The notes under the pieces were generated by a model. That model was not told the origin of the DNA and did no database searches. It saw only the letters and a program-made list of their open reading frames with translations. From NCBI GenBank assembly GCA_944376825.1, contig CALWDY010000014.1, positions 842 through 64,841 of the forward strand: a stretch of DNA of 64,000 nucleotides, read 5' to 3'. This stretch comes from an uncultured Clostridia bacterium. GTDB taxonomy: Bacteria; Bacillota; Clostridia; Christensenellales; UBA1242. This document shows, piece by piece, positions 45,224 through 55,351 of this stretch (position 1 is the stretch's first letter; every line of letters begins with the position of its first letter). The position numbers were made by a program, and so were the translations under genes.

Positions 45224-46109
45224 TTATTTAAAGTAACTAACCAAAAAATTATAAAAAGTTTTTTTCGTGTATGAATTTATATTTTGTTTTAAATTTGCAA
45301 CAACCAACTCTCTTGGATTTATACATAAATCAGTATTAATAATTTTAACTCTTTTTTTATCTATATCATCTTGAACAAAATCTTTTACAGTAAAGGCAAT
45401 ACCCAAATTTTTTTCAACAAAATCTGTTATTAAACCAAAACTTACAATCTCATATTGTGGCATTAATTGAATTTTATTTTCAACGCAAATTTGTTCAAAA
45501 TAATCCCTGTTATTTGATGGTCTTTTTTGAACTATTAAAGGATATTTATTAAGGTCATCTTTGCAAATAAAATCTTTTTCAAAATTTACGCTTGAAATAA
45601 AACAATCTTCTGTTTTTTTAATCACCACACATTCCATTATTTCATTTGTTTCAAATGGAGTATTTAAAATTGCAAAGTTTATTTCCCCTCTCTTTAAATA
45701 TTTTATTAACTTTTGGCTGTTTGCATCAACAATATTTATAGAAATATTTGGATATTTTTTTGAAAACTCCATTATAAAAGACATTAAAATTTTTCTTATT
45801 ATGGTAGAACTCGAACCTATAATAATTTTTCCTTTAATTGATTTTGAAACATTTGTAAAATTATCAACGCCATTTTCAATAAATTTAAAAGCAGTATACC
45901 ACGTGGAATTAAGTTTTTCACATTCCTCAGTTGGAACAAGTCCCTTTGTTGTTCTTATAAAAAGATCTCCACCCAAATATTTTTCTAATTTTTTTATGCT
46001 TTTTGTAACAGCAGGTTGCGAAATATACATTTTTTGCTTGCCAGCATAATACTTTTTGATTCATAAACACACAAAAAAACTTTTATAAGATTTAAATCTA
46101 AATCGCCAT
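45224..46109 (-). pseudogene. LysR-family transcriptional regulator interrupted by two -1 frameshifts in homopolymers
   Basis: Track ORF starts mid-HTH (MYISQPAVTKSIKKLE). Upstream in other frames: ATG GCG ATT TAG and ..DLDLNLIKVFLCVYESKSIMLASKK. One extra base at 46030-46035 and at 46100-46102 gives MAILDLNLIKVFLCVYESKSIMLASKKMYISQPAVTKSIKKLE. Confidence 0.75.
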
Positions 46110-46212
46110 AATTTATAGTTATACCTCAATAAAAAATATGTTTTTAAATTATAACATAGCAACCAATGAAATGCAATAACAAGAAATTAATTATAAACAA
46201 TATTAGTTTATT

Positions 46213-46244
46213 TAAAAAAGAGCTTTAAAACAATTTAAAACTCT
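46213..46244 (-). terminator. Terminator after htrA-like gene
   Basis: Minus strand AGAGTTTTAAA-TTGT-TTTAAAGCTCT followed by TTTTTT. Confidence 0.6.
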
Positions 46245-46256
46245 TAATTTGTATAT

Positions 46257-47285
46257 TTATCTTTTTGACATATTGCATCTTGTTTCAATAATTTCATCGT
46301 TTCTTAAAACTTTAACAATTAAACTGTCTCCACTTTTATACTTATATAAAACAAGTCTTAAATCTAAAACAGAATTTACTTTTTCACCATTAATTTCAAG
46401 TATTATATCCCCTTTTATAAAACAATCTTTACAAAGAGATTCTTCATCCACACTTGCAACATACACACCTTGATTGGTGCCTAATTTTTCGCCTTTAAAT
46501 CTTGCAACTTCGTTGTCAAGTGCAAAGATGCCCATATATGAAGGTTTCCAATCTTCGCTTACAGATAGTTTTTCAATTGCTGTTTTTCCCACACTTATAG
46601 GAATTGCAAAACCTATACCTTCCGCCTCACTTGCTTTTAAAGTGTTGATACCAACAACTTCACCTTTTAAATTTATTATTGGCCCACCACTGTTCCCTGG
46701 ATTTATGCTTGCATCATGTTGTATTAAATTTTGCATATACGAAACTGTACCATTTTCATTTTCAACTTGTAATGTTCTATTTAGTGCCGAAATTATACCC
46801 TTTGTAACCGTATGCTTAAAGTCCAGTGTAAGTGGAGTCCCTATTGCCAAAACATCTTCTCCAACTTTCACTTTTTCTTCACAGCAAATAAGATATGGAA
46901 GTGCCGTTTCAGATTTAATAACTGCAAGGTCCTGTGAACTATCTTGCCAAATTATTTGTGCCGAAGATTTTGTTTGATTTGCAAAATACACCACAACACT
47001 TTTTGCCCCATCAATTACATGTTGGTTCGTAAGTATGTAGCCATTATCTGCAATTGCAACACCACTTCCAATTGCATATCCCCCTGTTACATTTGCTTGT
47101 ATGCCCACAACAGCACTTTTCACCTGTTCTACAACACTAACCGTGTCCATTTCCCCACTAAGTGTAATTTGTCTTGGTGTCATGTCTATATTTTCTGAAA
47201 AATATGTATCTGTGTTTGTTAAAAGATTGCACCCACTAAAAAAAATTGCCACTACAACAAATAAAAAAACAACTGCTTTTTTCAT
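46257..47285 (-). CDS. htrA: HtrA/DegP-family serine protease (trypsin-like + PDZ), lipoprotein-type signal
   Basis: MKKAVVFLFVVVAIFFSGC; ..TNQHVI.., D.., GNSGGP; C-terminal PDZ. Confidence 0.88.
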   Translation of the reverse strand: MKKAVVFLFVVVAIFFSGCNLLTNTDTYFSENIDMTPRQITLSGEMDTVSVVEQVKSAVVGIQANVTGGYAIGSGVAIADNGYILTNQHVIDGAKSVVVYFANQTKSSAQIIWQDSSQDLAVIKSETALPYLICCEEKVKVGEDVLAIGTPLTLDFKHTVTKGIISALNRTLQVENENGTVSYMQNLIQHDASINPGNSGGPIINLKGEVVGINTLKASEAEGIGFAIPISVGKTAIEKLSVSEDWKPSYMGIFALDNEVARFKGEKLGTNQGVYVASVDEESLCKDCFIKGDIILEINGEKVNSVLDLRLVLYKYKSGDSLIVKVLRNDEIIETRCNMSKR

Positions 47286-47314
47286 AGCTCTCCTTTGCAG
47301 TTGTTTAGTTTAAT

Positions 47315-48106
47315 TTAGTTTAGTTTAAAAATTGCACTTGGATGGATGCTTGCAACAGAAATTTTTATATTTTCGCCTTCAATAATACCCTTTGTTTTAA
47401 GATAATTACAAACTGTGGCATATGCAAGACTTTCTGTGTTGTTATGCCTTGATAAGTGCGACAACATTATTTGTTTTGTTCCTGTTTTTGCAAGATATTC
47501 AACAACCTGTGCACACGCAATATTAGACAAATGTCCGTTTTTTCCAAGTATTCTTGACTTTAATGATGCCGAATAATTTGGGTTGTTTTTTAACATCTGT
47601 TCATCGTGATTTGATTCTAAATAAACTAGCGAACTGCCACTTATTTTATTTAAGATTACATTTGTAGTATGTCCCAAATCTGTTATAATACTAATTTTTT
47701 TTTGACCACACGAAAAAATATATCCCGTGCAATGAACAGAGTCATGTGGAAGTGTTACATTATCTATTAACAAATCTTTTATGTTAAAAGCAAAATCTCC
47801 AAAAGCATACATTTGCATGGCACCAAGTTTTTTCATTTTTGAATACACAGCCCCCATACCTTTTTCATGGACATATACTTTTGTTTTATACTTTGACGCA
47901 AAAACATCAAGCCCTTTAATATGGTCACTATGTTCATGCGTAATTAAAATGGCATCAATATCTTGGGGCTGAACATTTAAAAGATTTAGTCTTTTACATG
48001 TTTCTGCACATGACAAACCAATATCTACTAAGATTTTTGTGTTGTCAGTTTCTAAATATGTAAGATTTCCGTCACTTCCAGATGATAAATTACATACTCG
48101 CATCAC
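47315..48106 (-). CDS. yycJ: MBL-fold metallo-hydrolase YycJ/WalJ-like
   Basis: ..LSSGSDGNLTYLETD..ILVD.G.., ITHEHSDHIKGL, collinear with B. subtilis YycJ; followed by htrA-like gene as in the yyc cluster. Confidence 0.85.
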   Translation of the reverse strand: MMRVCNLSSGSDGNLTYLETDNTKILVDIGLSCAETCKRLNLLNVQPQDIDAILITHEHSDHIKGLDVFASKYKTKVYVHEKGMGAVYSKMKKLGAMQMYAFGDFAFNIKDLLIDNVTLPHDSVHCTGYIFSCGQKKISIITDLGHTTNVILNKISGSSLVYLESNHDEQMLKNNPNYSASLKSRILGKNGHLSNIACAQVVEYLAKTGTKQIMLSHLSRHNNTESLAYATVCNYLKTKGIIEGENIKISVASIHPSAIFKLN

Positions 48107-48546
48107 TCGGCAACGACCTTAACACTAAATTTTGCATATACGCCTTCATAGAGTTTTACTCTCAAATTATAGTTGCCTGCAAATTTTATTGGTTCTTTTA
48201 ATTCTATTTTTCTTTTATCTACTTCTAGATTAATTGTGTTAAATCCTTCTGCTATTTCTCTTGCAGTTACAGCACCAAAAATCTTACCATTTTCTCCACA
48301 TTTTATTTTTACAACAATCTCCTTGCCTTCAATTTGCCTTGCTTTTTCTTGCGCTTTTAGATATTCTTGTTCTTTATGGTAGTTTTGAGCAACTTTTTTA
48401 TTTGTGTTGTCATTCATATTTGAATTATTTGCAACCACAGCAAAACCATTTTTAATTAAATAGTTTTTGCCATAACCATCGGCAACATCTTTTACATCGC
48501 CCTTTTTACCAATATTTTTCACATCTTTTAATAAAATAACTTTCAT
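48103..48546 (-). CDS. rplI: 50S ribosomal protein L9
   Basis: MKVILLKDVKNIGKKGDVKDVADGYGKNYLI.. Confidence 0.95.
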   Translation of the reverse strand: MKVILLKDVKNIGKKGDVKDVADGYGKNYLIKNGFAVVANNSNMNDNTNKKVAQNYHKEQEYLKAQEKARQIEGKEIVVKIKCGENGKIFGAVTAREIAEGFNTINLEVDKRKIELKEPIKFAGNYNLRVKLYEGVYAKFSVKVVAE

Positions 48547-48560
48547 TACATCTCCTTATA

Positions 48561-48655
48561 ACACATTTCTGTGTAATGGTGTGAGAAGCGTTTGCAGGCA
48601 AACAAATTGCTTTGCAATTAAAAATTTGAAATCAAATTTTGCTTCTCACACCCAT
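48561..48655 (-). promoter_or_regulatory. Nested multi-hairpin element in the rplI 5' region
   Basis: Outer 12-bp stem GGTGTGAGAAGC/GCTTCTCACACC enclosing three hairpins, plus ACACA-GAAA-TGTGT next to the SD; overlaps TTGACT-18-TAAAAT promoter at 48654-48683. Confidence 0.5.
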
Positions 48656-48715
48656 TTTAGTTTAAATACATCATATTAGTCAATAATAATAACAAAAATT
48701 GTTAAAGGAGAACAA

Positions 48716-49033
48716 ATGGACATTATATGCAGAGAACGCAGTTGCGTTTATAACAAAGGTTTTTCATGCACATCAAAACAAATTTTAATTGGTGATAAAA
48801 TAAATTGCACTTACTATCAAAAAAACGATAATCTCAAAAACATATCCGACACATCAAGGCATATTTTTGGTGAAAATCCACCCAAATATCATTCACATCG
48901 CGAATCAAAAAAAGGCTGTATACATTGCAGTGCTGATTGTTTGTTTAGAAATGAGCAAATTTGCGAAGCAAATGGAATAACAATAAATTGCATAAAAAAT
49001 ATGCCACTTTGTGCAACATATTTTAAAAAATAA
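48716..49033 (+). CDS. DUF1540-type Cys-rich protein (two repeats)
   Basis: CRERSCVYNKGFSCTSKQILIG..INCTYY and CIHCSADCLFRNEQICEANGITIN..CATYF; AAAGGAG RBS. Confidence 0.7.
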   Translation: MDIICRERSCVYNKGFSCTSKQILIGDKINCTYYQKNDNLKNISDTSRHIFGENPPKYHSHRESKKGCIHCSADCLFRNEQICEANGITINCIKNMPLCATYFKK

Positions 49034-49064
49034 AAAAATCTTGCTAAAATGCAAGATTTTTTTA
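49032..49064. terminator. Bidirectional terminator shared by DUF1540 gene and clpX
   Basis: AAAAAAATCTTGC-TAAAAT-GCAAGATTTTTTT. Confidence 0.8.
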
Positions 49065-50342
49065 CTATTCATTTACAACTTTTTTATTTTCGTTTTGCTT
49101 AACTTCTTCTTTTATTATTGTTGGTTCTGCATTTTCGGTTATCACATTTTCTCCAACAACAATTTTTGTTATATTGGGGTCATTTGGTGCATTATACATA
49201 AGGTCAAGCATATGCTCTTCCATAATAGTTCTAAGTCCCCTTGCCCCTGTTTTTAACTCCATGGCTTTTTTTGCAACAGCGCTTATTGCTTCTGGTTTTA
49301 TTTCAAGTTTAATGTTTTCTATATCAAACATTTTTTCATATTGCTTTACAATAGCATTTTTTGGCTTTGTCATAATTTCAACAAGTGCTTTTTCATTTAA
49401 GTCATTTAACCCAACAACAACAGGAAGTCTTCCAACAAATTCTGGAATAAGTCCATACTTTATTAAATCATGTGGTTGCAGTTGTTTTATTAGTTTTGTT
49501 GCATTGCCATCAAACTTTTCGACCTTGGCATTAAAACCAAGCGATGTTTGATTAACTCTGCTTTCAACAACCTTATCAAGCCCCACAAAGGCACCACCAC
49601 AAATAAACAAAATGTTTGTTGTGTCTATTTGCAAATTTTCTTGTTGTGGATGTTTTCTTCCACCTTGTGGGGGAACAGATGCAATTGTGCTTTCTAAAAT
49701 TTTTAAAAGTGCTTGTTGAACCCCTTCGCCAGACACATCACGAGTAATTGAAACATTTTCGCCCTTTTTGGCAATTTTATCTATTTCATCAACATATATA
49801 ATGCCTCTCTCTGCTTTTTTTATATCATAATCGGCATTTTGAATTAACTTTAATAAAATATTTTCAACATCCTCACCAACATAACCTGCTTGTGTAAGGG
49901 TTGTTGCATCTGCGGTTGCAAAAGGAACTTTTAATATTTTTGCAAGAGTTTTAGCAAGCAGTGTTTTCCCACACCCTGTTGGACCAACCATTAAAATATT
50001 AGATTTGTCAAGTTCAATAAAATTAGTATTTTTTGACTTTGCTTTTTCTTCGGTATTGTAGTTAATTCTTTTGTAATGATTATAAACAGCAACAGACAAT
50101 ACTTTTTTTGCATCATCTTGCCCAACAATATATTCATCAAGCTGTTCTTTAATTTGTTGTGGAGTTGGCAAATCAATATGTTCATCAGCACTTACTATTG
50201 CAGTTTCTTTTATGATATCTTTGCAGATATCAACACATTCATCACAAATATAGCAATCACCTGTTGGATTTGCAATAAGTTTTTTTGCAACTCGTTGTGA
50301 TTTTCCACAAAAAGAACATACCATTTCTTCGTTATCTTTCAT
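49065..50342 (-). CDS. clpX: ATP-dependent Clp protease ATP-binding subunit ClpX
   Basis: N-terminal Zn finger CSFCGK..C.ICDEC, Walker A GPTGCGKT, 425 aa. Confidence 0.96.
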   Translation of the reverse strand: MKDNEEMVCSFCGKSQRVAKKLIANPTGDCYICDECVDICKDIIKETAIVSADEHIDLPTPQQIKEQLDEYIVGQDDAKKVLSVAVYNHYKRINYNTEEKAKSKNTNFIELDKSNILMVGPTGCGKTLLAKTLAKILKVPFATADATTLTQAGYVGEDVENILLKLIQNADYDIKKAERGIIYVDEIDKIAKKGENVSITRDVSGEGVQQALLKILESTIASVPPQGGRKHPQQENLQIDTTNILFICGGAFVGLDKVVESRVNQTSLGFNAKVEKFDGNATKLIKQLQPHDLIKYGLIPEFVGRLPVVVGLNDLNEKALVEIMTKPKNAIVKQYEKMFDIENIKLEIKPEAISAVAKKAMELKTGARGLRTIMEEHMLDLMYNAPNDPNITKIVVGENVITENAEPTIIKEEVKQNENKKVVNE

Positions 50343-50354
50343 AATCTCTCCTTA

Positions 50355-50942
50355 TTAGTCGTCTTTTCTTTTTACAAAAATTTTATCTACAATTCCATAT
50401 TCTTGTGCTTCTTGGGCTTCCATATAATAATCTCTATCGGTGTCTTGTTCAATTTTTTCAAGTGGTTGACCAGTTTTTTCACTTAAAATCTTGTTCATTT
50501 TTTGTTTTATTTTTAATATTTGTTTTGCTTTAATTTGAATATCACTAGCCTGACCTTGTGCTCCACCTAGTGGTTGATGAATCATAATCTCGCTGTTTGG
50601 AAGCGCAAACCTTTTCCCTTTTGTCCCACTTGCAAGCAAGAATGCTCCCATAGATGCAGCAAGTCCCACACAAATTGTACTAACATCACACTTAATATAA
50701 TTCATAGTATCATAAATTGCCATTCCAGCAGTAACAGAGCCACCAGGACTATTTATATAAACAGCAATGTCTTTATCTGGGTTTTTGCCTTCAAGATAAA
50801 TTAATTGTGCAACAACACTGTTTGCAACTTCATCATTAATTTCACCAGAGATAAACACAATTCTATCTTCAAGCAGTCTTGAATATATATCGTATGATCT
50901 TTCTCCTTTGCTTGTTTGGTCTACAACCATTGGTATAAGCAT
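50355..50942 (-). CDS. clpP: ATP-dependent Clp protease proteolytic subunit
   Basis: ..[24 protein letters not shown].. Confidence 0.96.
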   Translation of the reverse strand: MLIPMVVDQTSKGERSYDIYSRLLEDRIVFISGEINDEVANSVVAQLIYLEGKNPDKDIAVYINSPGGSVTAGMAIYDTMNYIKCDVSTICVGLAASMGAFLLASGTKGKRFALPNSEIMIHQPLGGAQGQASDIQIKAKQILKIKQKMNKILSEKTGQPLEKIEQDTDRDYYMEAQEAQEYGIVDKIFVKRKDD

Positions 50943-50969
50943 ATAAAGTGTCTCCTTTTTAAAATAAAA

Positions 50970-52250
50970 TTATGCTAATGTGTTATTTTCTGTTAATAGA
51001 GTTAAAAGTTTATTCATAAGAATGTCGTTTTGATAGTAGGCTATGTTTCTATCCCCCAAACTCTTTTTATAATCTTCTAAACTCTTTTTATATTTGTCTG
51101 CTGTTTCTTTAAGTTTTGCATCAAGTTCTTCTTCTGTTACTTCTAGCTTTTCTTGTTTAACTATTGCTTCTAAAACAAGTCTTGTTTTTACAACTTCTTT
51201 TGCTTGTTCTCTTCTTTCATCTCTAAGTTGCTCCATGGTCATGTTAACTTGTTTTAAGTAATCTTCAAGTTTATAGCCTTGATAACTAAGTCTCATTCTA
51301 AAATCTTCAACAAACATATCCAATTGCTTTTCTATCATTACTTGTGGGATTTCAACTTCGCTAGATTTAACAATTGTTTCAATTATATTGTTGTCATCTT
51401 CCCTTTTTAGTCTTGCTTCAAGATTTTCTTGGAGATGTTTTCTCAAATCGTTTTTATATTCTTCAAGTGTTTCAAATTCTGACACATTTGAAGCAAATTC
51501 ATCATCAAGTTCTGGAAGTTGTTTTTCTTCAACTTTGTTTAAAGTAACTTTAAAAGTAGCATCTTTACCTTTTAGTTCATCACTAAAATAATCATCAGGG
51601 AATTTTACATTAACATCTTTTGTTTCGCCTTTTTTCATGCCAACAACTTGTTCTTCAAATCCTTCAATAAAGGTTTTTGACCCAAGTTTTAAACGGTAAT
51701 CGTTTGCCTTTCCACCTTCAAACTCTTTTCCGTTTACAAAACCAACAAAATCAATAACAGCATAGTCGCCATCCTTTGCTTCGCGATCCACTTCAACATA
51801 TCTTGCTTGGCGTTCTCTTGCTTGGTTTAGTTCTTTTTCAACTTGTTCGTCTGTAACTTCACCTTTTGCTTTATTTATTGTTAAACCTTTATACTCACCA
51901 AGTTTAACTTCTGGCATACATTCAACTTCTGCAATTATAACAATGCCATTATCATCAAATTTATCTATTCTTATCTGTGGATTGTCAATTGGTTCTATGT
52001 CTTTTTCATTCATAAGTGCATTTGAATATTCGTGCGAAAACAAATGATCAATTGCATCATCATAAAATACTGTTGAGCCATAATTTTTTTCAATTATTGC
52101 CCTTGGAGCTTTTCCCTTTCTAAATCCTTCAATGTTAAATTTGTTTTTGTTTTCTTCATAAGCATGGTTTACATAATTTTCCCATTCTTCTTTTGAAGCG
52201 CTTATTGTAATTTGATATTTGTTTTTGTCTAATTTTTTTGTTGTGTACAT
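50970..52250 (-). CDS. tig: Trigger factor
   Basis: 426 aa; ..GFRKGKAPR.., FKBP-type PPIase core, tig-clpP-clpX order. Confidence 0.94.
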   Translation of the reverse strand: MYTTKKLDKNKYQITISASKEEWENYVNHAYEENKNKFNIEGFRKGKAPRAIIEKNYGSTVFYDDAIDHLFSHEYSNALMNEKDIEPIDNPQIRIDKFDDNGIVIIAEVECMPEVKLGEYKGLTINKAKGEVTDEQVEKELNQARERQARYVEVDREAKDGDYAVIDFVGFVNGKEFEGGKANDYRLKLGSKTFIEGFEEQVVGMKKGETKDVNVKFPDDYFSDELKGKDATFKVTLNKVEEKQLPELDDEFASNVSEFETLEEYKNDLRKHLQENLEARLKREDDNNIIETIVKSSEVEIPQVMIEKQLDMFVEDFRMRLSYQGYKLEDYLKQVNMTMEQLRDERREQAKEVVKTRLVLEAIVKQEKLEVTEEELDAKLKETADKYKKSLEDYKKSLGDRNIAYYQNDILMNKLLTLLTENNTLA

Positions 52251-52282
52251 TTATTAAATTTCTCCTTTTTAAAAAACAACTG

Positions 52283-52310
52283 ATTATAGCATATTTAAAA
52301 AAAATATCAA
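52283..52310 (-). promoter_or_regulatory. Extended -10 sigma-A promoter of tig
   Basis: Minus strand TTGATAttttttttaaataTGcTATAAT (16-nt spacer). Confidence 0.7.
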
Positions 52311-52497
52311 ACAATTTTAAAATAGTAAAAACAATATCATACAAAAAGCTGTTTTAAGCACATTTAATAATATAGCACTTTTAAAGAAATAAGAAACCTT
52401 TGATAAATGTCTAAGTTTGTTCTTTTTTATATAATAACCAAATGATTTTACAAATCACCAAATTTTGTGTTGCCTGCTCTTTTAAACAAAATTAAAA

Positions 52498-53888
52498 CTA
52501 AAATTCTTTTTCAATGTCATCATAATTTTCAACAGGTTTTACACAACCTTCATTGCCCAAATTTTTTAAGAGATTATAAAAACTTTCAATTTGTAAATCA
52601 TCGCCTTCTAAATATATTTTATTCATTATAAAATCAATTTTCAGCTTATCGTTATTATATTGAACAATAAATCTTTCCTTTGTTCTAGTCTTCATAATAT
52701 TCAAGCCCAATTTATTAAATTTATTCAATATTTGACTTTTGGTTAACCCAAGCTCATCAAAATCACTTTCACCCAAAAGCTGTTGCTTTGGCCTTATAAG
52801 TTTTTTATCCCTTCTTATTTTTGTTTCACCTTTATAAATTAAAGAAAACAGTTGAAAGTTTGTTCCATCGTATGAATTCTCTCTTAATCTTATTAGTTGA
52901 CCATTTGCTCCACCAATATATGTATCTTTTTGAAAGCACTTTTCAATAACCTTGCAACTAGTTAATAATTTTTTTAATACTTTGCTATCTATTTGGTATT
53001 TTGTTTGCGTTTCCATTTCACCTTGTCTAAGTTCGTCAAATGTCATGTTATTTTCAAATACAAAATCTGCACTCTGTTTTGTTGGTAAAATATTTTTTTT
53101 ATATGCAGGCGCAACATAATCAATATAATTTTTAAAAATAAAAGCTTTTTTACAATCAGTTATTGCAATATCTCTAATCATTCTTCTTAAAAACAAATAA
53201 AAATCATTGCAATCAACAAAATTTTTTATAACACAGTTTTTGTTTAATTTTGATGATAAATTGTTATCAAGAGCATATATCCCCTCAACTATAACCACAT
53301 CAATATCTTTGCCATCAATATAAATTTGTTGTTCATTTCTCTCGCTTATTTTTTTACTATAACTTTTTAAAGCCATTTTTTCATTATTAAGCAAAGATAG
53401 CAAATCTTTTGAAAGTTCATCCAAATCATATATTTCTTTTTGGTCAAAATCAATGTTTTTAAATTCTAAAACAAGACGTTTTAAAAACATTAGCATATCA
53501 ACATTAATATAATTTTTTATTCCTTTTTTTATTAAAATTAAGTTATTTTATCGAATTTTTCATTAAAATTTGTGTTTTTTGTGATTTTTTTGATAATTTC
53601 AATTATTTTTTTCTCATTTTTAATTTCACCATTGTAATATTTTTTATTAACAATTTCAAAAACATTTTTAGCAATTCCCTTGTTATAATCGTCAGTTGAA
53701 ATTATAACAGACCTTATCCCCTTGCTTAATAAAAACTGTTTAAAATAATTGTTCATAAAACTTTTGCCAGAACTCGACGCCCCAGCAATTAAAACAACAG
53801 ACTTATTTCCATGTTCTCTATTTTCTTCTATTAAATCCAAATTGCAATAACACCACTTTGAAACATCTTTAATCTCATTCATAAACAT
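52498..53888 (-). pseudogene. Uridine-kinase-like P-loop kinase fused to a C-terminal CYTH domain, split by a -1 frameshift into 116-aa and 332-aa ORFs
   Basis: ORF 53538..53888 carries IAGASSSGKS..STDDYNKG; ORF 52498..53496 continues the Udk fold (NIDFDQ.., VVIVEGIYAL, RRMIRD) then CYTH-like end. The two frames overlap open only at GATAAAATAAC (T4 run 53546-53549); one extra A joins them as ..FDKNNLILIKKGIKNYINVDMLMF.. Confidence 0.7.
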
Positions 53889-54410
53889 TTTCTCCTGTTA
53901 AATTATAATTTTTGTATTTTTCATCCATTGTTACATCTTTTACATTTAAATTGAATTTTTTTGTTAAAATTTTTATAATATTTATATAATTTTCATTATT
54001 TTTTACTTCAACTTCGCATGTAATAAAATTTTTGTTTTTATAAATGTCAAATTCAAACTTATAACCGGAGTTAAAAAACATATATCTTTCTTTTTCAATT
54101 TTTCCAATTATTTTTAAATTTTTTATAATATTTTGTGATAATTCTTTTGAAATTTTACACTCATATTCTTGTCTTAAAAACAAGCCATTAGATTTTGCAT
54201 TTAAAATATAAATTTCTTTTTCATGTGTTTTCTCCATACGCAATCTTACAGAATGAATGTCTTTTATTTGTTTACTGTTTAATTTTAAACACTGCGTTAA
54301 AATTTTTATGGCTGATGTTATGTCAAAGTAGTATTGAATTATGTGTTTTATATCATCACAAGATTCATTTGGCAATTTATCAACCAAAAATTTATATTTT
54401 TTTCACTCAT
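53875..54410 (-). pseudogene. Stand-alone CYTH (triphosphate tunnel) domain protein, N-terminus displaced by a -1 frameshift in an A7 run
   Basis: GGAGTTAAAAATG AGT GAA A7.. opens a 20-codon dead-end ORF; adding one A (T7 run 54397-54403 on +) gives MSEKKYKFLVDKLPNESCDDIKHIIQYYF.., matching the EIERKFLV..LP..I.QGY CYTH N-terminus. Confidence 0.7.
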
Positions 54411-54602
54411 TTTTAACTCCTTTTAATAAAATATAATTGCATTATATGTTTTTATGCCATATAATTCAAATATATATTTTTTATAATTAATATAACTTTT
54501 GGTTATGCAAAAAAATATCCGCTATTTTAATTTAACTAGTTTAATACATAAATTTTAAATATATATAAAACAAAAATTTAAATTTATAAGCAAAAAATAT
54601 AT

Positions 54603-54645
54603 AAAAAAATGCTATAATTTAAATTTTAATTACAGCATTTTTTTA
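54603..54645. terminator. Bidirectional-looking terminator after the SSB-like gene
   Basis: AAAAAAATGCTATAATT-(8 nt)-AATTACAGCATTTTTTT. Confidence 0.7.
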
Positions 54646-54694
54646 ATTTTTATTTTAACTAATTAATTTATCATATTTTACATTTAAATTATTG

Positions 54695-55339
54695 TTAAGA
54701 CAACATTTCATCTTCTACAATGGTAATTTCATCATCACTTATTTTGTTTATTGAAACCTCATAAGCGGTACGGGTAATTATTTCACCGTTAGTTAATTTT
54801 TTTTGATATTCTCTTGATTGTATTCTTCCAACAAGATTAATTTTTTTGCCAATTTCTAAATTTTTAACAAATCTTGCATTTCTACCCCAAGCGATACAAG
54901 GAAGGTAATCAGATTTATTATAAGCTCTATTTACAGCAATCAAAACATCACATATTTCCCTTTTAAACGGAGTTGTTCTATATGTTGGTTCTTTGCAAAT
55001 ATATCCTGTAATTTCAATTATGTTTGGGTTCATTGTTTCGTTATATTCTATAACTTCTCTAACAAACACCGTAAGCATAAGTTTGCTCTTTCCATCTTCA
55101 ACTTTGTTGTAACTTCTAAATTGTCCTTTAATTGCCAAACTTGTTCCAACTTTCATTTCCTTTGTTAAAAGTTTATCCGAAATTGTTATTGGAATTAAAT
55201 CATCTTGATTTGACAATCTCTTAACGCCTAGTTCCATCTCATAAAAGGCCTCTCCAAAACTTTCATGACTAAATTTTGGCTCTGTTTTTATTGTTCCACA
55301 TAAAAACACTTTGTTGTTTGATAATAGTTCGTATTTCAT
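54695..55339 (-). CDS. Tandem OB-fold single-stranded-DNA-binding-like protein
   Basis: Two SSB-like halves (NKVFLCGTI..;  IEITGYICKEPTYRTTP..VLIAVNRAYNKSDYLPCIAWGRNA..VGRIQSREY); lacks acidic SSB tail consensus; AAGGAG RBS. Confidence 0.55.
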   Translation of the reverse strand: MKYELLSNNKVFLCGTIKTEPKFSHESFGEAFYEMELGVKRLSNQDDLIPITISDKLLTKEMKVGTSLAIKGQFRSYNKVEDGKSKLMLTVFVREVIEYNETMNPNIIEITGYICKEPTYRTTPFKREICDVLIAVNRAYNKSDYLPCIAWGRNARFVKNLEIGKKINLVGRIQSREYQKKLTNGEIITRTAYEVSINKISDDEITIVEDEMLS

Positions 55340-55351
55340 AATTTTTTCTCC

